The notes beneath the pieces are model-generated. The model was not told where the DNA came from, ran no database searches, and was given only the letters and a program-made list of their open reading frames with translations. Positions 13,337 to 24,099 of a stretch of DNA of 64,000 nucleotides are shown in pieces (within the stretch, counting starts at the first letter, position 1; the number at the start of each line of letters is the position of its first letter). The stretch covers positions 51,770,001 to 51,834,000 of the forward strand of contig OX597827.1 in assembly GCA_951406725.2 (NCBI GenBank), written 5' to 3'. Both the position numbers and the translations under genes were made by a program. The DNA is from Octopus vulgaris (taxonomy: Eukaryota).

Positions 13337-14147
13337 GTGAGGATATCACTCACATTACAAACTTATTCCAAGCTGGCCTTCAGCGGGGTCATCTTACATT
13401 CTTTGTCTCCATTGTTAATTGTTCCATGTACGTCAGACAAAATCTGATCATAGAGCTATGCTTTTACAAAGAGATCATACTAGAAGAGCTTAAAAAAAAG
13501 CTGTAAGCATTGTAGACTTTTTGCTTCTGTACAGCATTTACTTGCATAAATACGTGGGCTATTTTCCTAGTAAACAGCAACTTGTTGAATTCTTGGATAT
13601 CTTTATGATTGGGAAAGGCAAAAAGTGCAAGAAAGCTGTACTGCTGCATATTTGGGTAACATCATAACTATATTGCTGCATCAGAATAAACACTACAGTG
13701 TCAGTTCCTTTGACAACATTTGCAGATATATTTGATGAATTCTATTGAATTTCAAAACTCAGACTTTGTGCATTAAAGAAAATTTGCCATAGCATGCATT
13801 TTAATCTTGTTCACAAATTTGGAATTCAATTCCATTGGATTGATTCCATCTTATTTGTAGGACTCACTGCAGGGAGAAAGAGTGCTTTTATATTGTTAAA
13901 ATCTAGCAGTTCTTGGATTCTGTAATGCCCTCAACAGGAAGCAACTTTGCATGATAAACACAAATGCACCAAATGGTTTCCAAGGCCATTTATCAAGATG
14001 ATCCAGACAGGTGAATTTGGTTATTCCTCTTGCAAGAAGATGGAGGCTTCCAATCCCTGGTTGAGCAGTATGAAATTGGTAACTAGTGGATAATTCTTTA
14101 GTAATGGTTAAATGAGTTATTGATATTTGGTTACAACTTTTCTTTTC

Positions 14148-14522
14148 CATGGTGCCAAGAGCACCATCCAAGTGTGATTGTTGCCAGAGCAATCAACTGA
14201 CTTCCATGCCAGTGGCACATAAAAGGGCACAATTCGAGCGTGATCGTTACCAAAGTCGCCTTACTGGCATCTGTGCTGGGGGCATGTGTAAAAGGATTCG
14301 AGCGAGGTCATTTCCAGTACCGCCTGACTGGCTCCCGTGCCAGTGGCACGTAAAAAGCACCCACTACACTTTTAGAGTGGTTGACGTCAGGAAGGGCATC
14401 CAGCTGTAGAAGCTCTGCCAAATCAAGATTGGAGCCTGGTGCAGCCATCTGGTTCACCAGCCCTCAGTCAAAATCGTCCAACCCATGCTAGCATGGAAAG
14501 TGGACGTTAAACGATGATGATG
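14148..14522 (+). mobile_element. SINE-like retroposon with (GAT)n tail
   Basis: gtaaaaagcacccactacac...aggaagggcatccagctgtag...cgtccaacccatgctagcatggaaagtggacgttaaacgatgatga; a relative lies at ~21085-21440. Confidence 0.75.
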
Positions 14523-14876
14523 GTGTATTTGATGGAAACATCATTTGTAGCCAATTAGTTTGGAAAATCAGAGGCAGAAGCCACAGAGATCCATGAGAAG
14601 ACAGGTTTCTTGATTGCTACTCGATAAAGCTGTATTTTGTCATGTCCGTAGTTTGAACTCACATCCAGAATATTTTTCTTCTTGTTCTGATAAAAGTCAG
14701 CTAGTATGTCAATTTCTGTAGCTAACACATCTACTTATTTAATTAGCTTGCTTATAAGATTTCTAGAAAGAGAAAGAAAGAAAAAGGAACATAGAAATAT
14801 GGAAGAGGTATTGATAATATTAGTGAGGTAGACATAAAATAAATGGAAAGTGTGTGTGTGTGCACGTGTGAGGGTG

Positions 14877-14909
<33 letters not shown>

Positions 14910-15974
14910 ATATGTGTGTGTGTGAGAGAGAGAGTTGGAGTAGGAAGAAGGTAAAAATTATTTGATAAATGAAATGGTAAAGAAGAGAAGATAAAAAGGA
15001 AAAAATTAGACTGCTAGGTGAGAGAAAGAGAGAAAGGAAAGAAAATGAGTGAAAGTAGCGAAACTATCAACAAGGAGTAAGGAGTGAAGTAGAACAGTAA
15101 AGGAAATCAGTTACTATAGTAACTGACAGAGGAGGAGGAGGAAGAGGAGAAGGAGACAATAACAACAAACAAAAGAAAACTGGGAGACGATAAGGGTGGA
15201 TGTTATGGTTGGGTTTGCTCTCATACACACATTTTTGCACTATTTAGTTCCAATTGTGTTGTTTCTTTTTACACAAATGACAATTCACCTTCCTTTTCTC
15301 ATGAAATTAATAAAATTGAATATTTGACAAGGCTTTAGTGTTGATACAATTGACTAAAACCACTAATGATGATCCAGTATGACCATTGTCCATTGAGGAA
15401 TACTAGGAAATTAAAAGAATAGTGTCATTTTTTTGATAGCCAGTTATCCTTACACAACACAACTGGCATATTAAATGCTGTCCGTGCTAGTAAAACAGAA
15501 AGTAGGATATGATATAAACCTTCTAGAGAAACTTAAGCACAATTAGAAAATTTTACAATCCTCTTGAAATAAATATTATGAATGATGTGTATATGTGTGA
15601 CTAATACTAGAATTTGCAGATATATACTTTACTTTAATCCTTTCAAGATAAAATTGTATAAATGGCTGTTTGATAAGACAGAAATTTCTTAAATAAACTA
15701 CTATATACTAGAAGTCATTGCACTTCCATTACACAACCATTCTCTTATCTAAGACAAACAAAACTGAACCTTTGATATCATATCACATGTCTAATCTACT
15801 ATGTTTTAAAATACAAAGTTTATTTATTGTCACCCACTGTTATTTGAAAGAGAAATAGAAGCCAGCTGGTCAGTATATTAAATCTTACCAGTGTATTAAA
15901 TACCGGAGCATTATCAATGTAATAATTCTAAGAACAGCTTGAAATGAACATTTCTGTCAAAAAAATCTTAAAAA

Positions 15975-18143
15975 ATGTCATCAATAGATACAATGTTAAC
16001 TGAAATTTCTAATGGAAGTACATTTAACTGCAATAATACAAGTAGTGAGGATGTCATTTCTATTGCTTATAATTTTGCTTTTAATTCAGTAATATGGATT
16101 GTCTGTTTGATAATATTTTCAATCATACCAAAACTGATCCAAAACTATCGTCAAAACGAAGCTTCATGTATCAGTCCATCTTCTAATACTTTAACAGATT
16201 TATCATCTGTCAGTGAATTGCAGTTGAGTTGTGAATCAACAACAGCCGAGACTTCATTTCCAGAACATCTTCGTCAGACAGATCAATTCACTTCCTGGCT
16301 CCGAGTTTTCTGGCGACTCACCGACAAGGATATCACACAAAAATGTGGGCTAGATGCTATAGCTTATTTGCGCTTTCAAAGGTATTTGATTGGTTACCTT
16401 TTCTTCATATTATTTCTCACTCTTGTGATAATCTTACCTGTTAATTATACAGGAGGACAATTTACACCTAAGGATATTAGTAGTACAACAACAATTAATG
16501 TTCACTCCAATCTTCTTTGGCTACATGTCTCAGTTTCCCTTTTATATTTACTAGCAACCATATTCTTGCTGCTTCGTTTATCACAGCATTTATGGACAAG
16601 TAATAAATCAAATACCTTGCTGATAAGTAATATCCCTCAGGTTGAAAACAGCAAGAATTTGATTGAATTGCATTTGAACAGAGCATATCCAAATATAACT
16701 GTTAAGAAAATAGTAAATGTGTATGATACCAGAAAAATCTTGGAATTAGACCAAAAACTTCAAAAAATCCGTCATCTCAAAGAGCATTACCAAAATGTTG
16801 TAAACGCAGAAACCTATCAAGAATCTGACATCAAAGAAAATGTTGAGAGTACATGTTTTAGAAGTAATTATATAAACAACCTTGATGAAACAGAGGAAAC
16901 AATCTTATCGGAGAGAGCCATGGAAAGTGAGCAACTTAAAGAAAAATCACTGGGAATAGTATTTGTGAAATTAGCTTCAGTAGAAGAGGCAGAATATATA
17001 TATTCATCTTTTCATTCATTTTGCAAATGCAAACGTCCTGTCATCCCATCAGAATTTAGTGATGTACTAAAAGTCAAAAAGTGGCGAATGAGTTATGCTC
17101 CACGTAAGGAAGATATTATCTGGCAAAATTTGCCTACCTCACATTTTTCTAAATTTATTAGAAAAATAATAGTTGCAGCTATTTTGTTTTTTGCCTGTTT
17201 AGTTGTCACAAGTCCTGCTCTTGTTACATCTCTTTTTGAAAAAATTAACAAGACAAACTCTCCCTTCTTAGAAATTATACAAAGTCTTCTGCTTAAATTT
17301 ATGGTTAATCTACTACCAATGATTGTAACTGCTTCAATTGCCTTTCTAAGGAGTTGGACTAAAAGTTTAAAACAGAAAAAAACCATGATAGCTTTGTTTA
17401 CAACACTTTTATTTGCGGTTCTAATCTTACCATCACTGGGTCTGACAACATATGATTTTCTGTCCAAATCTGTGAATATACAATCAAAAATGCATTGTAT
17501 ATTCACAATGGGAAATAATTATTTGTTTGTGAACTATGTCATAGTTTCAGCACTCATTGGCACTGGTCTTGAACTTCTTCGAATTTCTGAATTACTAACG
17601 CTACTGTGGCGTTACTTGACAATCCGTTCAACCGTAAAGAGAAGGACATTAAGAGAATATGATACCATTGAATTTGATTTTGGTGAACAGTATGCATGGA
17701 TCCTCTGCCTGTTCTCTGTGGTCGTTACATACAGCATACTCTTCCCAATTATTTCAATATTTGGATGTCTCTACATCATTCTCAAATATTGCGTCGATCG
17801 TTACAACTTGTATTTTATTTACAGGAAGTCATATGTTCACAAAACCGTGCACTTGTCAGCAACAAACATAATGGTTTTAACGTCCATACTACCTCAATTC
17901 TGCATCTTGGAATTCACTCTCCTGGTAACTTCAGATAATCACTTGCCTCCACATGTATTTTACTACTCTTTAGCTGTATTTGTGCTCAGCTTGACTGTCT
18001 CTATATCCATCATTGTGTGGTTTTACTTTAAGCAACAGCAAGTCATCAGGTTTGTCAATCGTCTGACCAATGGATGTTGTTGTGTCAGTGAACCAAAACT
18101 AAACAGTACTAAATGCGACTATGGTTCAGTAAACAATTCTTGA
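15975..18143 (+). CDS. TMEM63: Intronless TMEM63/OSCA (CSC1-like) mechano/osmosensitive cation channel, 722 aa, divergent paralog
   Basis: Uninterrupted ORF with an in-frame TAA just upstream of the ATG. Family motifs occur in order: CGLDAIAYLRFQRYLIGYL, IILPVNYTG, LLWLH, TLLISNIP, GIVFVKL, WRMSYAPRKEDIIWQNL, LILPSLGLT, FVNYVIVSALIG, EFDFGEQYAW, KYCVDRYNLYFIY. About 11 hydrophobic segments. Confidence 0.93.
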   Translation: MSSIDTMLTEISNGSTFNCNNTSSEDVISIAYNFAFNSVIWIVCLIIFSIIPKLIQNYRQNEASCISPSSNTLTDLSSVSELQLSCESTTAETSFPEHLRQTDQFTSWLRVFWRLTDKDITQKCGLDAIAYLRFQRYLIGYLFFILFLTLVIILPVNYTGGQFTPKDISSTTTINVHSNLLWLHVSVSLLYLLATIFLLLRLSQHLWTSNKSNTLLISNIPQVENSKNLIELHLNRAYPNITVKKIVNVYDTRKILELDQKLQKIRHLKEHYQNVVNAETYQESDIKENVESTCFRSNYINNLDETEETILSERAMESEQLKEKSLGIVFVKLASVEEAEYIYSSFHSFCKCKRPVIPSEFSDVLKVKKWRMSYAPRKEDIIWQNLPTSHFSKFIRKIIVAAILFFACLVVTSPALVTSLFEKINKTNSPFLEIIQSLLLKFMVNLLPMIVTASIAFLRSWTKSLKQKKTMIALFTTLLFAVLILPSLGLTTYDFLSKSVNIQSKMHCIFTMGNNYLFVNYVIVSALIGTGLELLRISELLTLLWRYLTIRSTVKRRTLREYDTIEFDFGEQYAWILCLFSVVVTYSILFPIISIFGCLYIILKYCVDRYNLYFIYRKSYVHKTVHLSATNIMVLTSILPQFCILEFTLLVTSDNHLPPHVFYYSLAVFVLSLTVSISIIVWFYFKQQQVIRFVNRLTNGCCCVSEPKLNSTKCDYGSVNNS

Positions 18144-18550
18144 TAATGGATTAACTTTCATTCGGTGTGAGATTCTCTGTGTGTCATGGATGAGAATGTG
18201 TGTGTGTAACTTGTTTTAGTCAGTGTGGATACGAAATCGCATTCATACATATTTACATATATAATTTTGTTGGTTCCAGTCACTTAATTACAACCATAAT
18301 TAATCTGATACTCATTTCTCAAAATCTAAAGAATAGTTGCACAAACCGAGTTTAGAGAGTTATGTACCTTTAATGATATGAATGCCTGTGTGCGTGTGTG
18401 TGTGTGTGAGAGGGATCTATTTATCCATCTATCTGTCTGTCTGTCCACTCACTTGGCTTTCTCTCTGCTTGACTTCCTGCCAGCCTGTCTGTAAACGTAC
18501 ACACACACATACACACACACGTACACACACACACACGTGTTCAAGCCAAA

Positions 18551-18651
18551 ATGGTGCATAAATGTATGGTGGAGACTCATAAGAGAAGCAGGTTTTCCAT
18601 ATGAAAAACCTGTTTCTCTTATGTGTCTATAGCTTGCATTGAGTACACCAT
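18551..18651. repeat. Palindromic hairpin or tiny MITE downstream of the TMEM63 stop
   Basis: Near-perfect core cataagagaagcaggttttccat / atgaaaaacctgtttctcttatg (18578-18623), with looser pairing out to atggtg / caccat. Confidence 0.7.
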
Positions 18652-18736
18652 ATGGAGTTTCTCCTGATACCTTTTCTACATATCAAGCCCCACTTCCCCC
18701 AAAGTTTCAAGCCATGTGCCTGTAGTAAAAAAAAAT

Positions 18737-18898
<162 letters not shown>

Positions 18899-18949
18899 GG
18901 AGAGTATTGTAGTTCACTTGAAGCATTGTGTATTGTTAGTAAAGAATAC

Positions 18950-20356
18950 AAAGTTTTGAATGGTACAACAATGCACTATGATACAGACAATGGGCTATAT
19001 ACCTGTTGTAATTTAGACATCCATAGTCTGATATGATATTTTGGAATAATATTCCTTCTTCAGATATTCTTAGATGGAGTCGCTGCTATAATCGGTTTTC
19101 TAACGACTTTTCTTTTTTATGTTTTTGGAAGTGTCTCAGCAGTGGTCTCACGATGCTACTTCCAGAACTCCTCAAGAGAAGTGTGTGAAGTTGGCCATGT
19201 CTCAATCTCGTGCGGGCTGGTACATCCGTAGCGCTGCTTCTGAGATATGTATTTATACGTGCAGCCTCCTTTTTTTTTTTAAGTACCCAAAACGACCAAC
19301 ATGCTGAACACATAGAAAACCCAGCAATACATGCTTCCTTTAAAATACTCCATTTTAGCAAGAGGATAACTACATCCATCCGAAGAGCCATAAGAAGAGA
19401 AGGGCTAGATGTACAACAAGCCCACTCTGGCCCCTCTCTGAGAGGACACCTCACTAAGAAACGAACAAGGAACAACAATCAATGTACACTAACAAACTGT
19501 CCCATCCATGACACAGATTTATGCCAACGGGTAAATGTTGTGTATAGAATACAATGTAACAAATGCAACAAGTTCTATGTGGATAGCACAACAAGACCGT
19601 TACACATCCACATCAAAGAACATCTGCACATGAGAACTTCCTCCTTCAGAAAACATCTAGACAGATGCCGGAACACCGACAAAAGCATAACAATCTTAAT
19701 TGAGGCCAATGAAAGAAATTTGAGATGTACTTGCATAGCAAGTGATTTGATCTGAGATCGTGTGCTGAAACGAAAACAATTGCAGCGTGGAAGGTGTTTG
19801 TAAGCCATTTAAGAAACACACAAAAGCCATTCGAAGTGAAAGAAATTTGAGTAATTTAAGGAAGCTATACTCATACACAGACTAGGGCCCCAAATTAACA
19901 ACAGGCTAGAGGTTGGTAATCAATACATTATTTAGCTACATCTGGATGCGTGTAAGTTCATTTTTGATAATATGCTCATCTGTAGTTTATAACAAAAAAA
20001 AAAAGAAGAGAAGAGAGAAAAAAGAAGGGGAAAAAGGAAGCTGCATGTATAATAGGTACCTCAGAAGCAGCGTTACAGATGTACCAGCACACACGAGATT
20101 GAGAAATGGCTGACTTCACACACTTTGTCATGAGAAATTCCAGAAGGAGCATCGTGAGACCACTGCTGAGATGCTTCCAAAAAATAAAAAAGAAAAGTCA
20201 TTAGAAAACCGATTATAGCAGCGACTCCATCTGAGTATATCTGAAGAAGGAATATTATTCCGAAATATCGTATCAGACTATGGAAGACTAAATTACAACA
20301 GGTATATAGCCCATTGTCTGTATCATAATGCATTGTTGTACCATTCAAAACTTTTT
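18950..20356 (+). mobile_element. 5'-truncated Penelope-like element: GIY-YIG endonuclease remnant between inverted pseudo-LTRs
   Basis: ORF 19210-19755 contains CPIHDTDLCQRVNVVYRIQCNKCNKFYVDSTTRPLHIHIKEH. Segment ~18950-19265 is the reverse complement of ~20040-20356. (ATT)n tracts lie on both flanks. Confidence 0.88.
20226..20284 (+). ncRNA. Type I hammerhead ribozyme motif in the Penelope 3' pseudo-LTR
   Basis: CTGAAGA (20241-47), extra A, helix II GGAAT/ATTCC, GAAA (20262-65), helix III ATA-tcg-TAT, cleavage triplet AUC (C20274). Helix I is imperfect (tccat/atgga distal). The inverted copy near 19020-19075 has GAAA mutated to AAAA. Confidence 0.65.
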
Positions 20357-20360
20357 ATTC

Positions 20361-20415
<55 letters not shown>

Positions 20416-20423
20416 TATTATTA

Positions 20424-20640
20424 AGGCGGCAAGCTGGCAGAATTGTTAGCATGCTGGATGAAATGCTTAGCAGTATTTTGCCCATCGCTTTGTTCCAAAT
20501 TCAAATTCTACCAAGGTTGATTTTTATCTTTCATCCCTTTGGGGTTTATAAAGCAAGTACTAGTTGCACACTGGGGTCGATGTCATTGACTTACTCCCTC
20601 CCCGAAATTACTGGCCTTGTACCAAAATTTGAAACCAATA
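20424..20640 (+). mobile_element. tRNA SINE (Deu/Nin-like family), diverged
   Basis: ggcggcaagctggcagaattgttagc...tttcatcccttttgggg-like...ccaaaatttgaaacca. Confidence 0.8.
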
Positions 20641-22798
20641 TTACTGTAATTGTGATCTGTTTGGCATTTTTATTTCTATTAGTTTAATTGTTATTGTTAT
20701 TTTTATTGTTTTATTTTATTTTTATCATTATGGTTATTATTATTATTATTTTTGTTGATGTTGTTATAATTATTATTATTATTATTATTATTATTATTGT
20801 TGTATTGTTATTATCATTATTGTTGTTGTTGTTGTTATTATCATCATCATCATCATCATCATCATCACTATTATCATTGTTATTATCCATATTGGGTGAA
20901 ACATGGCCTTGATAGCCTTCCTTTCTCTGCTCCTGTTCACATTCTTCCTCTAATCTATTCTCCCATGATAATTCTAGCTCTGTTTATTTGCATACTGATG
21001 TTTATAAGGGCCTCCATCTTTGTGTTGTATTTTTTGTCAATAATGATGACAAAGTGAGCTGGCTTAGACATTGGGCCTTGGTGGGGATGACAAGGAATTG
21101 AGACTCATAGTGGTTTGCTGTGCTTGAGAAAACATGTCAAGCTAAGTAAAATCGTGGTTGTCTTTGCATACAGACATGTCCCCTGCCTGTCTCTCCAATC
21201 TTGCAGGCTTGTAGGTGCAGGTGCCACTTAAAAAGTACCTGTAATGGTGCCACATAAGCACTCCCATGCTGGTGCTATGTAAAAACACCCAGTGCACCCT
21301 ATAAAGTGGTTGGTGTTAGGAAGGGCATCCAGCCATAGCAAGCATGTCAAAACAAACATGGAGCCTGGGGAGCTCTTCATCTAGCCAGCTTCTGTCAAAC
21401 CACCCAACTCATGCCTACATGGAAAAACAGATGACAAAAGAATAGAAGTTATGTAATTATCCTCATAGCTTATAACAGTTTCTGTTATAAGGCTGGGTTA
21501 TGGGAATTCACTGATGTCCTCCATTTCAGATGATTTATAAAAATTCATAATATTAATTAATAAATGAAAAGAAAAGTTGTAATTACATAATCACCTTCGT
21601 TAACTTCAGCTATTTTCTTTATAAAACACCGTGTAATTATATTTGGGTACCAGCACAGCATTTTTTAGCATCATCAAAGCCTAAACCTTTCCATTACCTT
21701 GAAAATGTATTTCATTAAAAGATAATTTGTTCTGATTAAAAAAAATCATTACATGTTAGGTTAATGGGATTCAATATTACATGTTAAGTTAATGAACTTC
21801 AATATTATTATCTGATGAAATACGTTATCCTTGTCTGAAGTAAGTTTGAAAATATTGAAGAATTTATCTAAATAACTTTGACATTATTAAGGTGATGTTT
21901 GCAATATAAATTAACATAAAATTTTGATGGAAGGTTCTAAGACCCAGAGGCAATCTTGAATGGGTTGGTATCAAAAAGGCTAACATGATTATTCAGATAA
22001 AATATTGAAGTACATTAATTTAACATGTAAGGATTTTTTTAAAAATAAGGACAAATTGTCTTTTAATGAAATACATTTCCAATTATTTTTGTGCATGTTT
22101 TTTTGTGTGCATTATGTACAAACATTTAAACGTTCGAACATTTTTCAGTTATAATCGCAATTATAATAATTTCCAACACAGACACATGATCACAACCTGT
22201 AAGGACTAGACATCCCTAGTAATTTGCCTGCTACTTATTTTATCGGCCCCTTAAAGATGATTAGCAAAATTAACAACAGTGGAATTTCTCTGCTGAAGCT
22301 GAAGGGAAATAACTCTGTACTGCAAGCTATTTTGTTCATTGTCATGTTACCTGTTATGCTTATACAAATTACTTTTAACGTAATAGACACAGCCAGAACA
22401 AGTAATGGACACTAGCACTTATCTGATACTTGACTAATTTACCTCAGTTAATTATTTTTTTCTCTAGTATGTCCTTCTGAAGAATAACAATTATGTGACA
22501 CAAATGTCTATATTTTATGATTATCGCATACCTTAACCTGTCACCATTTTTTATAGGTTATGTATAAACTACAAATTATTATTTGAATGTTAAAAAATTT
22601 CTCAGTTTTGGGGTTAAAACATTACGACAGGTGATTCAATTAAAAATAAATCACTGCACTGCATCTTTCTATAGTTTTTAAGAATTTGTTTAAAAAATAT
22701 TAAAATTTCTACAATTATTTCACCTTTTCTTTCACAAATATTTTTTGATCAATTTATCTTTCTATGAATATATGTAGCCATTACGTTTTTCGCGCGCG

Positions 22799-22843
<45 letters not shown>

Positions 22844-23088
22844 GCGCACATATATGATTATTTTCTCGTATTCCTTTCTGTTGAAGAGCGTAGGCTTGAA
22901 ATGTAAAAGAATTTTTCATTTTTCCCGAGCGTCAAACTAATACACTTGTTTGTTGTTCATACACCTGTCTTTGTCTTTTGTTTTTCTATAAATTTCAGGT
23001 ATATGCATGCATGTATGTATGTATGTATGTATGTATGTATGTATGTATGTATACATGTGTGTATGTATGTATTTCAGATTCAGATTCC

Positions 23089-23170
<82 letters not shown>

Positions 23171-23416
23171 GCATACACACTTACATATGAATATGCATGT
23201 GATGTAGACCAACACCAGAGCTCTGCCAATATGTTCAATTAGAACATAGCTGCTCAGTTAATAATGAAGATGTTGAGTCATTATTGATGCACAGAACAGA
23301 CACAACTCTCAGACAGATGACAGAGGCCATACACATCGTAGCAAATAGACTGAGCTTCAACAGAAAACATGAATGGAATAATAACACCCCACCACTCCAT
23401 CACACTATTATAGCTT

Positions 23417-23733
23417 TGTTAAGCTATACGTAAACAAACGAGTGGAGACGAGTATACATTTACTAAAGGTTTATTACTTAAGTCGTCAGTTATTTTTGTA
23501 TAGTTCCCTCAGATTCGTTTCATGCACGCTCCTTTTGTTATCGTTCCCCACCCGGAAGTCCTTTTCTTTCCTGCTGACCAACTTCCTGGCTAGTCTGCAG
23601 CGAAGTATCTGTCTACAGTTCGTCTGCCACGAATCCTACCCTACACTATGCAACCTGATGACTAGAGATGGAATGAGAAGAGGAAAAATTGGATACAGAT
23701 ACAAACAGTGCAATACATAAATCCTTATACACA
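23417..23733 (-). mobile_element. Possible solo LTR
   Basis: TGTT...CACA ends, AATAAA on the minus strand near its 3' end, non-coding and richer in CpG than flanks. No TSD seen. Confidence 0.35.
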
Positions 23734-24099
23734 TAACTCACATACACATACTAAAGACAGGATGAGAATAAATAAATAAAAGATTCAGGTACAGTGTAAT
23801 AAGCAAACCCATATACACACACACAAAACATCGAGACACACAAACACACACTACACACAAACACACACACATACACACATGCGTGCGCCCACATGCAAAC
23901 ACATGTGCAGATAGGGCTACACACCAGAGAAAGATAAAATGGAATAAGCAGAACAAGAGGAGACATGTGGGATAGAGAGTCATTGAAGAGGATATGTGAT
24001 GAAAGAACTTTGACAAAAAACTAAAATAATAATAATAATAAAGCTGAAGGGAAGACCAAATATATTGTGAGTGTGTGTTTAATTTGCAAAATATTACCA

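Larger units (their letters stand above)
10900..13800 (-). mobile_element. Decayed Helitron Rep-Hel (PIF1 helicase) coding region, interrupted by a SINE and a solo LTR
   Basis: Minus-strand translation gives, in the expected order: FIKYICK..KGTDTVVF, FPNHK, LLKNDVQLDTTLSEA, FLDVQGGT*QTFLIS, RIAIAVVTS...HSAFKLPL...CNIAKN...MIEWYEYTMAH and IMLQQNLDQP*LCNDTR...YQF..LGFAM. Many stops and frameshifts. Confidence 0.88.

Noticed and set aside
12762-13339. CACTG...CAGTG ends suggesting a CACTA/EnSpm element
   Set aside because: Only 7 bp inverted with no TSD or subterminal repeats; a solo LTR with TG..CA ends fits at least as well.
17093-17506. 137-aa antisense ORF within TMEM63
   Set aside because: Shadow of the sense coding sequence; no independent features.
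22872-22912. Hammerhead-like ctgttgaagagcgtaggcttgaaatgtaaaag in a short repeat
   Set aside because: Core and helix III are both non-canonical in this copy; probably a PLE-end relic but too degenerate to call.
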